From positions 11,468,818-11,532,817 of the forward strand of contig OZ037772.1 of the NCBI GenBank assembly GCA_964035545.1: a stretch of DNA of 64,000 bases, written 5' to 3'. Shown here piece by piece: positions 12,401-24,076 of this stretch. The notes beneath the pieces are model-generated. The model saw only the letters and a program-made list of their open reading frames with translations. It was not told where the DNA came from and ran no database searches. Position 1 is the first letter of the stretch; every line of letters starts with the position of its first letter. Made by a program: the position numbers and the translations under genes. The DNA comes from Bugula neritina (Eukaryota > Animalia > Bryozoa).

Positions 12401-15400
12401 TCTGGCAGGAATAGCAAAGATCTCTTCACAGAACTATGAGTTCTTGGAGAGTTTTTCTATCTCTCCGGAGTATTTCATCAAACTGAAGCAGTCCATTCGT
12501 CTCAACTTCATCACCTACATGGAGGTAAGAATGTTTATTGCCATCTACTCTGTATATTATGTTGTATTTATTATGTTGTGTTTATTATATAAATTTATTA
12601 TATTGTATTTGTTATATTATATTTATTATATCGTATTTGTTATGTTGTATTGTTATATTATATTGTTATATTATGTTTATTATATTATATTAATTATGTT
12701 GTATTTATTATGTTGTGTTTATTATATTATATTTATTATATTGTATTTATTATGTTGTATTTGTCTGTCTGTGTGTAGAACTGGACGGACGAAGCCATTC
12801 AAAGAGCTCACAGTATCATAGCCGCTAAATCTGATGAACTCAACTCTGAGTTAGAACTCAGGCTACATCTACATGCACCTAGGGCTAGGAGGGCGGAGCT
12901 AGATGTGCACAACGTCAGAGCCGGTGAGCTATTCGCTAGTTTGTATAAGGTCACGGTGTTTTCTCTTCACCCATGGCTGTAGTCCTGGTTGTTTCAAGTT
13001 TGAACTCTGTCACATCGAGTTCTACGTTTAATTCCATATGTTGACCATGTTCTTTCAAGTATCAAAACTAATATTTGAGGTAAACTATAAATTACTCGTA
13101 TAAATTAAAATTAATGTATCAGTGTAAGATGAATGTCAACACTTTGTTTCTGAAAACATTGGAATATAAAAAGAGACATTTGACTCTGTTACTGTTATGA
13201 CTCACTCATACGTCTGCATGTTTTACTCACTCATACGTTTACATGTTCTACTCACTCACATGTCTGCATGTTCTACTCACTCATACGTTTACATGTTCTA
13301 CTCACTCATACGTCTACATGTTCTACTCACTCATACGTCTGCATGTTCTACTCACTCATACGTCTGCATGTTCTACTCACTCATACGTCTGCATGTTCTA
13401 CTCACTCATACGTCTGCATGTTCTACTCACTCACACGTCTGCATGCTCTACTCATACGTCTGCATGTTCTACTCTGTGTGATTTAGCCGAGTTGATGATG
13501 CACAATGAAAGGGTTGTGAGGCACTGCAAGGGTATCAACCAGACACTCGCGGATCTCAAGCTACAGTTTGATAAACTGCTGACGGAACATCAGCTGACTT
13601 TTGACGAGTTCCAGAAAGGAGTGGAGGCGATGGAAGCCGTGGTGTTGAGGGGAAACAAATCCTCAGTGTGAGTTTCTTGTGACGCCTGCAGCGAACACTT
13701 GAGTCTGCGTCTTGTATTGATGATTATAACTATACTGAGTTTGTGTGTTGATTAGCAGTACGCACATTGCTGTACTATATACTTGGCAGTATCCCTTGAT
13801 GAGGGCATAACTTCCAAACCACTCAAATTATTCTCAACAGGTTTTCCGACTAACACTTCACGATGTACAGAATGTTGTTAGTAGAAATGATTAAAAAGAC
13901 ACAGTGTATTTTTCTACTTACAAAATACTTGAACTATTCAAATTGGGGAACATACTCTGCACTAGCAAATGTAGAAGATATCAGTTCACAATAGTTTGAG
14001 GGTCACCTCAACATTGGGAAAACTTTTATAGTAATTTTGAATTATAAATATAAATTTTCTACAGTTTCTATAGAATGTTACATCAGCTATATTAAACATC
14101 GTTTTTCTATTATGTCATGGAAGTTGAATATACATGTTTTTGTCGTGACATAATATATATGTCTATGTGACATATTATATGTTTATGTGACATATTATAT
14201 GTTTATGTACTATGTGATATAACACAGGCTGGTAGAGCAGCAGGCAGCTGTCCAGAAAGCCAAAGAGGGTTTCATGAATGAGATTAGAGTGTCTTTGAGA
14301 ACATTTAGAAGGTCTTTGGACGACACTCTGCAGCTGATGAGAGAGAGCAACGCCATGTTCATCAAATCCTTCAAGTAACTACACACTTTACTGGCTTAGT
14401 CTGAGATCCTATCATGAGGTTTATACATGTTGGGAGGGGTTGATCACCTCTCCAACTCACCCAGCTTCATTACGGTTTACTTGGCGTTGTTTATAACTAA
14501 GTTCTACCCTGCTATGTAGTGTCTTGTGACCGCTCACACTCTATTAGGGAAAATATCTTTCTGTAACTGCATTTTTATATTGTATATTATGTATTATGTT
14601 CTATGTAATATATATCTTATATTGCATATTTTATGCATTATATAGTGTATAGTATGTATTACATCTTATATACTATAGAGTGTATATTACATCTTATATA
14701 CTATAGAGTGTATATTACATAATATATATTATACACTTTAAAGTGTATATTGTATACAGTATACTATACAATACATTTTCATTTCAAGCACAGAACACAA
14801 ACTTAGTATTCATTCAACATGCCAAACGTCTGCCATAATTTTTTAGACTGTTTTCTGATGGAGGTAACTTCTGTCCGGAGGAAATAGACGTGTTCCGGAA
14901 GAATCTGGACAAGTATTCCCATAAAGTAGACGACTCCGAGGGAGGTATAATGTCGGAGCTGGAGGGTGTAGAAGCCAAGTGGCTGAAGAGAGCCACGCAG
15001 CTGGCGGTAGACTTTGAGGACCGGTTCCGGAACCACATGATCGACTTGGTGTTCATAGAGAGAGTGGCGCGCTGGCTCACCAACACTCAGGTCAAGGTCA
15101 AAGCGGAGGTCGCCGAAAGCAACCAACAGGCCAAAACTCTGGCTCTGCACCTCAATGAGCTGGAGAAGAGAATAGACGCGTGTGAGAAGCCAAACCTGGA
15201 CAAGGAGGTGAGCTGGGGACACGTGTGCTCTAGTTTGGTGTCTCTATATTATACTTAGTTCTGTCACGATACTTCTACTTTGAGGTCTTGATATCAGATG
15301 AGTTACAAAACTTTACTTTACTTTCATCTCCTATCCCACATTGTTATCAAGCTATTAGAAACTTTTAAATCTGCTAAATCTATTTAGTAGAAAAATTAAG

Positions 15401-18400
15401 TTTTGTTTCTAGAATACAGCAGTGTGTCAAGACAGCTAGTTGTGTACTTATAAATGATCTCATAACAATATTATATGATATATAATATAATAAAAATATA
15501 ACGTGCAACATAAAAACATAATGTTAAAAAAATCAGTAAAAGTGCAATGATAAAAATAATCCCTAAAACAAGCCTAAATGAATAGAACTAAACTAAACCT
15601 GTTAAAATAAACCCTTCACTGATGTTTTTAGCTTCCACGTAGCTAGTAAAATGTTTTCCCACCCTGATGTGAATATCTCTCTGTTTACAGGTTGTCAGCT
15701 GCTCAGATCTTGTCGCCTCTCTGAAGCCAATATTTACCTCCTTTCACAAGAGAGCCGACTATATTGACTGTAGAATAACTGATAGCTCGGAGACTGGGGA
15801 AACTAAAACTGGTACAGTTCCTAAGCCCTGTAAGTGTTCTACTTCTAATAGCTTTTGATTATATTACATGTATTATTTTACCATAATATTGCACATATAA
15901 TATTCATTATAATGCACTTGTATTATTATAATGTACTATATATTATTTATGACATCATAATTATTTTATTATAATAATTATTACAATGTAGTATTTTTAT
16001 AATATATAATATTTATTATATTTTATTTATTTTAATTCATCATCAATCTGGTATCCATGATTTTGTTTTCAGTGGATGTTTGCTTGCCGTTTAGTTATGC
16101 ACAAAGTTGATTTTGTAACAGCAAGTTATTTGAGTTGTCTGCCCTTTATCTCTGCTAGCCAATACTCTTACATTCCTGTTTGGGGGAAAAGTAAAAGCCC
16201 GTAAACCAAACGACTCAGATGTTCATATCTCTCACTCTACAACTGATATACTATTCTCACCAACTCCACTTTTTCCACTTGCATCCGCGCTACGCTCTAG
16301 TCTAAGCACCGACTCCATATTCTATGGCCATGCCAAGTTTTTGCCAGCCGAGCACTTTGATGCGGACGAAATGGACTCACCACAATTTCCTGTCACCAGT
16401 GAAAAAGATTCATATCACAGCTTCAGTGAGCTAACTGACCAGCCAACCACGTGTGACAATTCTGCTGTGAAGCTCGGTAAAAAGTGTATTGATACTCACG
16501 CAGTAGTTGAGAGGCATAAATATCTGTCTAAGCAAATGATAAAGTCAGTTCACCAGAGTAAGGTGGTGGACACTCCAGCGCAGCCAACCGCAGACGTTCA
16601 GCCTGATGCCGATCAGAAAGACAACTCCAAAGGTTACAATGGCTGCTTGCTAAGCTAATCTGTTGCCGCTTCTATTGCCCAACTTCTGTTGCAGATTCAC
16701 CCTATTATTTCAGAGCCTTTTCCGGAGTTCCATGTTCTTAGCTTTACTTACCATTTTGTTTATATGATTGTATAGGTTTTGTTTTACTGCGTACATTTGA
16801 CGAGTGTGTGGTATTGTCTGCTTACAGCAAAAGTGGGTTTTGCTGACACAGCTCCCCCTGGTCTCTCCTCTCTCGCTCCTTCCGGCCCGACAGCGCTTAC
16901 TGGTGGTGGAGGGAAACAGAAACAAGCCGTGGAGGATCCCACTGTGACAATAGTGAAAAATATTTACAAGTAAGATAATTATATATTATAGTTTCATAAA
17001 ATGGGCTAACTGTTTTTAATAAGCAGTCATAGTGTACTTGGTTATCAGTCATAGTCCACTCGGTCATCAGTCATAGTTCACTCAGTTATCAGTCATAGTT
17101 CACACAGTTATCAGTCATAGTTTACTCAGTTATCAGTCATAGTTCACTCAGTTATCAGTCATAGTTTACTCAGTCATGAGTCATAACTCATTCTTCTTGC
17201 ATGCATACTGCAGCTGACCATTTGGGATAAAACAATTGTTCATGAAGTGTTTGTCCAGCAAACCAACTCTTTTTTGCTTCGCCTTCTAGATTTTTCTTTT
17301 TGAGATTGTTTGTACATTGCAGAGTTGTCTCTCCTTAATCTCATTTGCCTTTCTCTACTCTAGAAACTATCTGATGCAGCAAGAGAACCAGCTAATTCAC
17401 TCACTCTTCCACTCTAATAAGTATCATTCTCACAGCTGTGATTCCAGTGGCAAACCTTCATTCTCATCTCACACTCACCAAGCACCTGTTCATGATCATC
17501 ACTCGCATGTCTCGCCTAGTAAAACTAGTCACCAGTCTAAGGGGGCACCTGTTGACAGCCATCAGCCATATGCTGCGCATAAAGCCCTTTCTAGCCAACA
17601 GTCACAAAAATTACATCGTCGTAAATCTTCAAAAGGACAGGAAGACAGGTGTTTGATCCCAAAGCCTGGGGGCAGAAGACGCCAGTCACACAAAACTAGC
17701 ATAGAGAGTAGAGAGTTAAAGTGTCCAGCGGACGAAGTGAATGATCTGATAAACTGTACTCACACCCATCAGCTGCCTCCCAACTCCTTGCAGCGAACTC
17801 GGCTCAATATTCTTATTAACAACCACACAATCATGACCTTGAGGTTGCAAAGGGCAATCATAAGGTCAATGGAAGCAGCCCAAGATCCTAGCACCGAAAC
17901 AATTAGACAAATTTTTAAGTATGAGTTTATTGACTATTCCTAATGTATCACTTTGCTATTCAGTTACCTATGTTTCACTTTATAACTTGTATGAAATGTA
18001 GCTTGAGAGGGTATGTTGGTGTTTCTTTATAGTAAGTAGTCTAGCTTGGCTGCTGTTCTCTGTAACGTCTGCATGTTGGCTGGTTTTCTTTTTTTCAGGA
18101 CTTTTTTGGCTCATAGCACTTCATCTTCTCTCAGCTCTACATGACTTAAAGTTTTAATCACTACATGATGTTATCTTTGGTTCAATTGTCATGTTTTTAT
18201 AGTGACTATAACTCCTAAAGTTTGTGATATTAATTCTTGTCCAATCAGTTGCGTGCACATCATGTCATAGTGACCACAACTCCTAACTGTTGTGCTGTTT
18301 TCTAGGACTCAGAGACCTGCTGAACGGGCAGCTTCTCCATCAGTGAAAGATAAGAAGTCTGAACAGGTCAGCCAATCAGCAGCTGCGGAAGGAGCAGACA

Positions 18401-21400
18401 ACAAACCTACAGGCTCGGAATCTCGACCACTGACCGAAAAATCAGGTGAGACGATTTCTGTACACCTAGTATAATGTGTCAGCAGGAGTTGTCTTCTATT
18501 TTATATATGAGTACATAATAAAAGTGTTCATGAATAAAATTAAACCAATATGCTGAGCAACTGAAATTGTGTTTAAAATATCAAACTAGACCTGAAATAT
18601 AACCATTTAATTGATAATATTTGTTTGACTTCTTCAACATAAGAGTAGGCATTGTTATAATAGATTGAATAGTTGCTAAAATTATTTCCTAGTTTGAATA
18701 GGTTTTTAATGTTTTATTTTAAAAAAGTCCACTTCTCTAAAGTTTGTTTTAAGTAAGCTTTTCTATTATAAATATATAAAGTTATAAATTCTAATCTATT
18801 ACTATTATTTAATTATCTGTAATGATCAATTATTAATATTCAATCATCAATACTAATCATTTATTAGAATTTAATCAACACCAACACATATTCTGTTTCT
18901 AAGGTAAAACTCGATCCAACAAGCAGAGTAGAGCCAGTCAGAGGAGAGGAAGTTCAGTTGGAGAGTCTAAGAACAGACATTCGTCTGCGTAAGTCACATG
19001 ACTTATCAAGATAGCTGGAGTCATAATATGTATTCTTGTTATTCAATGCTACAGATTGCATGCTAATATTACCAGGAATTCTCAGTATATTTGTAATTTA
19101 GGAAAATAGTTTGGTCGAAGTTTAATTGAGGGTTTTGTACAATAAAGATGTCAACAGTTTGGTGAATAACATTAAACTGTTTGCATAGTAGGTGCTGCAA
19201 GAGTTTAAACTTGAAGTTGTTTCCCTCTTATTATATATATAATAGTATCTCAAACTGAGTGGAATATTTCATAGTTAATCATAATATAAATACATGGTAG
19301 GTAAGTGCAAGATGTCTGCCAGATTCTGAATATAACTGTTGCCAGGAGAGAATGAGCTCTTCAATGCAAAATGAATTTACCTTCAGCTTCATTGAAAGCC
19401 TAGCTCCGTTGCTTTGTTACATTTCTGAGTATTCAATTGCCTATCAGTGAGTTGCTGACATTTTCAGAGCTCGACGAATCACGAGGTTTGATAGAAAAGA
19501 CAAGAGATTTCAGCTGTTTCCAGACGAGCCACCAGTCGACAGTGAGTACTATGAGAAAGTGTTTGATGACCTCTTAGGAAAGATAAGAAGAGTGATTAGG
19601 GAAGCTCATGAAGGGCTCATTGCGGCAGCCGAGGCGTTCTACAAGCAGAAGGTCAGTGTTTCATATTCGCAATATACTGATTCTAGTCATATTAGTAATA
19701 TACTAATACTAGTCGTATACTAATTCTACTCATACTAGTAACACTACTCTTACTAGTAATACTAGTATTAGTATATTACTAGTACTAATACTACTACTAA
19801 TTACTGATACTAGTAATATACTAATACTAGTATCACTAGTATGACTACTGTTACTTTATTACTAGTGACACTAGTGATACTAGTAATGCAACTAATGCTA
19901 CTAATACGACTAATACTAATATTACTTATAATTTCTGAATAGTATATTTCTTACTAACTAACTATTTTGTAAGAAGAAACATAAATAAATATTATATTAG
20001 TGCATTGTTTTTCATCTAAAACCTATCATAGCTGTAGTGCAGTGTAAATTTAAGGGAGATATAGTTGAATTTTCATGTTGAAACTAATTTTGTTTCACTT
20101 TTGAGAACCTGTGCTATTGACTTGCTATTGAGGGGTAATGTTTCTTTGTTATATAAAACTTGTATTATTTCATTTTAGGGACTCATTTATTTGGTATATA
20201 GAACTCATGCTATTTTATTTCAGGGGACTCACGCTATCACAAGGCCGTATGCTCTCCAGCCCACTATGGAGTCCTGTGCAGAGACTATCACGCATAAACT
20301 GCAGTCATACTTTCACCAGGCTGTTGACTACCACAACCAGTGCTTGCAAGGTACTTCCCAGTAATCATACAGTCTTGACTACATTGTTCTCAAGTAACAC
20401 TTGTAAACTTTTGACAGTTTTGTAATAAATGCAGTTTTTTAAGTAACTCTTGCAAACGTGGAGGGGGTAATAAATGCAATTTGTGTTATTTGACAAAACT
20501 TCAGCCAAATATTTTTTAAATAGCTACGATATAACATATTATTGATTAAATTATAGAATATATGCATATTATGTATGTGGCAGCTCTAAATTTAAACGAA
20601 TTATGCCTTGCAACTGAGTTGATCTGAAATATTACGTTTGTTGTGAAATGTTGGTTGAAGTAGGTCACGTGTGCTGCCGTTAAGTAGGTCACGTGACCTG
20701 TAGTTGAGTAAGTCATGTGACCTGTAGTTTAGTAAGTCATGTGACCTGTAGCTGAATAGGTCATGTGACCTGTAGTTGTATTCTTGGTTTGACTCAGAAT
20801 TCCGACACCAGCTGGTCAGACTGGAAACTCTAACGGAGAGAATTCCGCCACTTGTCATCAAGGACAACAAGAGGTCATCGGAGGCGGAGTATGCAGCTCA
20901 ACAAGCTCAGCTTCAACGGGCTTTCATGGAGAGAATGGAGCAGATAGATCGCACCCGGGTATAGCGTAGTATACTGTTATACTATATTGAATACTGTTAT
21001 GGTATATTGTTTTAGTGTTATGCTATGTGTTGTACTATTATATTATACTGTTGCACTATATTGCTATACTATATTGTTATACTAACTTGTTATACTATAT
21101 GTTATCCTGTTATACTTTATATTGTTATGTTGTTATATTATATGTTTATGTAGTATAGTCTATTATATAGTATAATCTATATCTAATTTATTCTACATAT
21201 AATAACATCTCTAAATACTATCGTATGGTTTATATAGTTTTATTATTTATAATCTTACTATCTCTATATTATTACTATATTTTAAACTCATAGTTTGAGC
21301 ACAAGACCCTACTAAGGCCAACACTAGGACACCCGAACCATGCAGCTAAAATGGCCGCTCTGTGTAGTGACGAAGGAAAGAGAAGTGAACTCTGCGTACA

Positions 21401-23255
21401 GGAAATCAACGAGTACGAGATTGCGTTGAAGCGACTTGGCGAAGAGCACGCCGCCATGTTTATCGAGAAGATATCCGGATCTTCTGCGGAGCTGCTCTTG
21501 CTGTTTGATGATATGCTGACAGTTGATGATGTCATCAAAGGAAGTGAGTATATGGCCGTATTCACCACTTAGATGATTCGAGATTTGTTGGATGCACTGA
21601 AATGCTTCTATGATGAGTGGCAAAAGTTACAAAAAGAACAATGCTTTATTTTAGATTAATTATAAGCCCAGTTATATAATCTGACATTACAAAACACCAT
21701 GTTTAATTTCAGAGTAGCTGTGAGCACAGTTGACCTAAACTGATAAACGTAATTGATGATTCAATATATGTAAACTTGATAAACTCAGTCAATAAACGAA
21801 TTCTTCTGTGTTATCCTCTCATATTGTTTATATAATATAATAATATATTTATTTATTATACAATAAATATATAATGTTGTGCATATCAAATTATATTTAC
21901 GTTCTGTTTTAGAAATCATACCCAACAGATATCCAACCAATGAGCTGTTGAGAAGAAACAAACACGGCGAGCCTCTTTTTGACAAGATTCCAGAGACTCT
22001 GATACCCCGTGGTGCTGCCACATGGCAAGGTGTTGCCTCTTCCATGTTCTTACTGACTCACACAAGTTTATAGTTGCTATTTCTGTGAGAAACCCTGATG
22101 GAAAGGGTATTTTGTTAAAGCAGGCTAAAGACTTAATCAGATGAGGCACAGGAGCATTTATGACTGGATGCTCTTCCTAGCATCACCAATTGCCTTTATT
22201 GGGGTTCGAACCCATGACTTGAGTTATATAACAGTAGGACATGTATCTAAATGTATGATTTTGCATGTGCATACATTTAGATACATATTTTCTACTGTTT
22301 ATTTAATTTAATTATGGAAAAATCGTTGTGCCTTGCATATGCCTGTTTGTCGATTTGCGTAGAACTTTTGTGAACTTCGTGCTTACAGAAGTTAGTCTAA
22401 ATTTCTTACAGGTGTGTCAACAGATGAGATGGTTGTGCTGAAGCCCCCACCTACATCTAACATTAAGGAATCTAAGCTAAAGTCAAGTATTGCGTCTACC
22501 AAGCCCAAGTTCACTGCTAATATACATACACAGAAGACTACTATTGGTCACAACTCTACTCTGGAATCGCGAGATGATGCCTATAAGGTGAGACGTAACT
22601 CTCAGGCCTTGTATTACCGAGTTCTGGAATGTTCTTACTAACATTTCTAACCGAACTTTATTGATGAATTTTTGTTTGTTTAGACAAGATAGAGTTTTAC
22701 TGTTGAACACTTGAAAATAACATGCTAGATCATGTTACAAATTTGTTTTACACTCAACACAATACAGGACATAGTGATTGTGAGTAATCTAACTACAACT
22801 GCAGAGTAGAGTAACTACAAGTATTGTAACTGTGGATAGAGTAACTGGAAATAGTATCACCATAGGTGGAGGGAATGGATGTAGTATGGCTATGGGTAAT
22901 CACAAATAATATAAATAGAGGTAAAATAACTGCAAGTTGCATAGCTGTGGTAGAGCAGTTTAACTGTAGATAGAGTAACTGTACGTAGTATGACTATGGG
23001 TAGAGTTACAGTAGAGTGATTTTGAGTCATGTGGCTGTAAGTAAAGCTATAGCAAGTAAGGTTGTAGATACGTAGATTACAATCTTGGTTGCTCGTGAAA
23101 GGTTCTGTATGTATTGCTGTTTGCAGACGTACAAAATGGAGTTCTACCAGACTATTTCTCACATCGAGAAGGAGAAAGAGGAACGTCTGCTAGATGAGTC
23201 ACGCTGGACAGATAGCTGGTCCAACTCCATTCAGAAGATCAGAAGTTTATACTAG
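412..23255 (+). CDS. CCDC180: Coiled-coil domain-containing protein 180 (CFAP76; DUF4455/DUF4456), 5'-partial, multi-exon
   Basis: Phase-consistent GT-AG exons: 412-582, 1797-1978, 4153-4255, 11864-11976, 12317-12524, 12779-12923, 13487-13667, 14228-14374, 14847-15207, 15691-15829, 16828-16969, 18306-18445, 18904-18988, 19468-19651, 20224-20350, 20798-20958, 21294-21543, 21913-22029, 22412-22587, 23127-23255 (TAG). Peptides [55 protein letters not shown]..RDDAY and terminal RWTDSWSNSIQKIRSLY* resemble CCDC180 motifs as recalled. AATAAA at 23532. Confidence 0.9.
2249..3967 (+). mobile_element. Non-autonomous pogo/Fot1-like DNA transposon (deletion derivative) in a CCDC180 intron
   Basis: 24-bp TIRs CCGTAAAATGGGGTAACTTTAGCC / GGCCAATGTTACCCCATTTTACGG (22/24 match). 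Internal GGTAACTTTGGCC repeats near 2279, 2654, 3754 (inverted) and 3777. Decayed psq-HTH plus CENP-B-type HTH peptide at ~3030-3430 (KYDITKGTLQNR..GRQTVLSQVEE..GFPL..WSLSFMSRH) with stops and frameshifts; no DDE domain visible. Confidence 0.85.
5083..9554 (-). CDS. Alpha-arrestin (arrestin domain-containing protein, ARRDC-like), ~464 aa, nested in a CCDC180 intron
   Basis: Exons 9554-9417, 8913-8784, 8356-8136, 7572-7447, 7071-6973, 6681-6506, 6222-6008, 5557-5409, 5223-5083 sum to 1395 nt in frame. Arrestin_N/C motifs: KVKSFEIVL..YVPGEMMKGVVVV, GVNEFPF..LPSSYIGKYGSVTYLIKA, FTPGEDL, LTIPP..GCDII, LEIPLTIGT. Minus-strand AATAAA at 4728-4733; probable 5'UTR exon donor near 10910. Confidence 0.92.
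7722..7915 (+). mobile_element. tRNA-derived SINE-like element
   Basis: A-box-like TAGTGTCTAGTAG and B-box GGGCTCGAATCCC, followed by ATTGGTGATGTTAGG, which is shared with the SINE copies at 22085, 24751 and 50355. Confidence 0.6.
12026..12229. mobile_element. Tc1/mariner (Tigger-like) MITE
   Basis: TA|CAGTGCTCTTTCC ... GGGGAAGCACTG|TA. A second copy of the right end (GGGAGCACTG|TA) ends at 12275. Confidence 0.6.
13201..13475. repeat. 25-bp minisatellite, ~11 copies, ending next to a splice acceptor
   Basis: Unit CTCACTCATACGTCTGCATGTTCTA at 13201, 13226, 13251 and onward. Confidence 0.95.
17025..17186. repeat. 22-bp intronic minisatellite, ~6-7 copies
   Basis: Unit GTTATCAGTCATAGTTCACTCA. 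Confidence 0.9.
20658..20777. repeat. 24-bp minisatellite, 5 copies, with E-box palindrome core
   Basis: Unit ~AGTARGTCAYGTGACCTGTAGTT; one copy has the perfect palindrome AGGTCACGTGACCT. Confidence 0.9.
22085..22218 (-). mobile_element. tRNA-derived SINE copy, 5'-truncated
   Basis: Aligns by eye with 24751-24895 and with the reverse complement of 50355-50568; B-box GGGTTCGAACCCC and core GGAAGAGCATCC. Confidence 0.75.
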
Positions 23256-24076
23256 AGAGTATTACAAACACTCCAATAGTTGTTTCCTTTATAAATATTC
23301 ATAATTCACTTTAGCCAATCACAGCGTCTCTTTTATTGCATGTAATTTTAGCTGATGGGCTATTCTGAAATTCCGTTACATTGCTCAGTTGCCTGCAAAC
23401 TTATTTATCTGAACTTTATTATTTATTCCGTCCAGTTAATGTTTATTTCACATAAATAATTTCTTTCAATTCGTCCTTGGATTTGGTGATATTTATAGTA
23501 ATGGAGTGTATTTTTGAGCCGATTTATCAATAATAAAATGTTATTGTTAAACAAATTGTTTATTTTGAACTAAACATTTAACACCCACTTTGTTAATTTA
23601 GATATGCAGCCAGCTACATGCAGGTCAGTCAACATTCTACAGGTTGTTCAACAGGTTAGTGAAAATTCTACAATTCAGTCAACATTCTACATGTTATTCA
23701 ACTTTCTAAAGGTTTATTTAGTTTATTCAATGTCACAAGTTAAGTTTTCAACTCTTCTGCTGCACCTTTAACTCATTTAACCTGAAAAAGGTATCTATGG
23801 TTCACCAACCGCGTAATATTGAGTGCTAGCAGTACAATTGAGATACTCATATCTACTAAATTGTGTCAGAGTAATAATATTATATTAAATAATAGAAAAA
23901 CTGCTATTCTTACATAAGTAATTACAAAAATAGAATACAATTAGTTGAAGTGACCAGAGCTGGTAGAAAACAACTATAGTCAAATTCCTTACAGGAAATT
24001 AAATATGGACATCAACCATGTACAAATCACCATGTGGAGGCAACTCCACTTCTAGTTGACTGTAGGCTGTACAGTA

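Noticed and set aside
12525-12778. Hydrophobic multi-TM-looking extension of ORF 12309-12821
   Set aside because: TAT/TGT low-complexity intron between clear GT and AG sites.
13197-13486. Three overlapping ORFs with repeating peptides, and a possible CRISPR-like array
   Set aside because: A head-to-tail 25-bp minisatellite without unique spacers, in a eukaryotic intron; only 13487-13667 is exon.
14803-15222. Minus-strand ORFs, likewise 1775-2005, 21275-21623 and plus-strand 35375-35644 and 41664-42138
   Set aside because: Antisense shadows of CCDC180, LINE or KIF4-like coding sequence.
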